Assembly: GCA_964577555.1 (NCBI GenBank)
Contig: CAZNZM010000002.1
Span: 3,012 to 35,011 of the forward strand
Direction: 5' to 3'
From: an uncultured archaeon
Lineage (GTDB): Archaea > Iainarchaeota > Iainarchaeia > Iainarchaeales > Iainarchaeaceae
Length of the DNA: 32,000 nucleotides
Positions within the stretch are counted from its first letter, which is position 1. The number at the start of each line of letters is the position of its first letter. Below are positions 30,983-32,000 of the stretch, piece after piece. Below the pieces are notes generated by a model, which saw only the letters and a program-made list of their open reading frames with translations, was not told the origin of the DNA and made no database searches. Position numbers and translations under genes: made by a program.

Positions 30983-32000
30983 AGATTGCGTTTTTTTCTG
31001 ATACTCATCTTGGTTTTGATGAAAAGGGTGAAAGGGCTGATGATTCTTTTCTTGCTCTTGAATCAGCTATTGAACTTTCAGGCAATCATCGGGCTGATTT
31101 GATTGTTATTTCTGGGGATATTTTTGACATGCGAATTCCTTCTCATTCTGTTCTTTACAAGTCTATTGTTTCTTTTTCCAAGGCAAAGAATTTTTCTTCC
31201 AATGTAATGCTTTCAATTGGAAAGGCTGGTGAAGAGAAGTCTATTTCGTTTTCAGGCATTCCGATTTTAGCAATTCATGGGAATCACGAGTATTTGGGCA
31301 AGGGTGTCAGGTCTGCTCTTGATTTGCTTGATCTTTCTGGTTCGTTGATTTATTTTCATGGAGCCAAAATAGTTGCAAGAAAGGGCTCTGAAAGAGTTTG
31401 TATTTTTGGGCTTGGCGCTGTGCCTGAAAAATCGGCTCTTGATGTTATTAGGTATTGGTCTCCAAAGCCGGAGGAAGGTGCTTCCAATGTTTTGGTTTTG
31501 CATCAGGGTTTTAAGGATTTCATGGCTGTTGATGACGAAATGATTGCTTCGCTTAGCTTGGATGATTTGCCTAAAGGTTTTGATTTGATTGTGAATGGCC
31601 ATTTGCATTGGAGTAGTATTCAGGATTTGGGTGGTTCGATTTTTCTTCTTGCAGGCTCGACAATTCCTACTTCTATTAAAAAGCTTGAAGCTGAAAAATT
31701 GAAGGGTGTTTTTTTCTTTGATACTGTTTCCAAGTCTCTTGATTTTGTGGCTTTGCCTTTTCAAAGGAAAATGTTTTATCATAAAATAGTTTTTTCAGAT
31801 GCAGATGCTGACAAAGTGCTTTCGGAATGTCGTAGTTTTGTTCTTGGTGATTTAAGTGTTTCTGGTGTTTTGAAGCCTCTTATTAGACTTAATCTTGTTG
31901 GCACTTTGAAAAAGGGTCTTTCTAATGCCGATGTTGATTTGGGCCCTTTTATTAATGAATTTTCTTCCAAGACTTTTCTTTCTGTTTCAAAGAATTTTTC
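30979..32000 (+). CDS. mre11: DNA double-strand-break repair nuclease Mre11 (5' 340 codons; continues past the window)
   Basis: Not in the ORF track because it has no stop in the window. Hand translation MKIAFFSDTHLGFDEKGE...ISGDIFD...LAIHGNHE...VLHQGF...NGHLHW shows phosphoesterase motifs I-V in order. ATGA overlap with the upstream HAD stop. Confidence 0.85.
   Translation, partial: MKIAFFSDTHLGFDEKGERADDSFLALESAIELSGNHRADLIVISGDIFDMRIPSHSVLYKSIVSFSKAKNFSSNVMLSIGKAGEEKSISFSGIPILAIHGNHEYLGKGVRSALDLLDLSGSLIYFHGAKIVARKGSERVCIFGLGAVPEKSALDVIRYWSPKPEEGASNVLVLHQGFKDFMAVDDEMIASLSLDDLPKGFDLIVNGHLHWSSIQDLGGSIFLLAGSTIPTSIKKLEAEKLKGVFFFDTVSKSLDFVALPFQRKMFYHKIVFSDADADKVLSECRSFVLGDLSVSGVLKPLIRLNLVGTLKKGLSNADVDLGPFINEFSSKTFLSVSKNF

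Noticed and set aside
20094-31000. A mobile element, genomic island or defence system in the accessory-looking right half.
   Set aside because: No integrase, transposase, terminal inverted repeats, toxin-antitoxin-like pairs or nuclease/helicase defence signatures were recognised. The tRNA-Cys is not flanked by a repeat of its 3' end.
1-32000. Alternative genetic code or stop-codon reassignment.
   Set aside because: All recognisable genes are full-length and end at standard stops. aRF1 keeps the canonical NIKS and GGQ motifs, and no in-frame stops were seen in conserved domains.

Overview
This is a low-GC, gene-dense archaeal chromosomal segment. Placing it in a small-genome or DPANN-like lineage is only a guess. 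I can support about 30 CDSs and one tRNA-Cys. On the plus strand there is a start/stop-overlapping operon priS / GINS-like / eS27 / aIF2-alpha / PAC2-like, a SAM methyltransferase, a wHTH protein, a 1006-aa S-layer protein, an envelope operon (TM protein, processive GT2, CxxC protein), UMP kinase, and a RibD_C-like / HAD / HAD / Mre11 operon whose last gene runs off the window. On the minus strand are EndoQ, aRF1-TruD, Dph2, uL16 (L10e), and a 7.4-kb co-directional block (H+-PPase, tRNA-Cys, CPBP protease, P-type ATPase, FTR1 permease, HAD). No transposase, integrase, CRISPR array or rRNA was seen. The unusual content is non-coding and compositional. (1) Almost every intergenic spacer, roughly 2.5-3 kb in total, is built from T-tracts punctuating a short C-containing core (GCGAGCC / GCAAGCC / GTGAGCC and similar). 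All copies share one orientation regardless of how the flanking genes are oriented. At 4.1-4.8 kb they form a ~305-bp higher-order tandem array. (2) The plus strand is strongly T>A and G>C throughout, so plus-strand genes use T/G-ending codons and minus-strand genes use A/C-ending codons. (3) The S-layer locus is a clear exception to that skew. (4) Several minus-strand genes end inside the T-rich arrays and carry K/T/E/N-rich tails. All family calls come from motif recognition by eye. No searches were run and all counts are hand counts.
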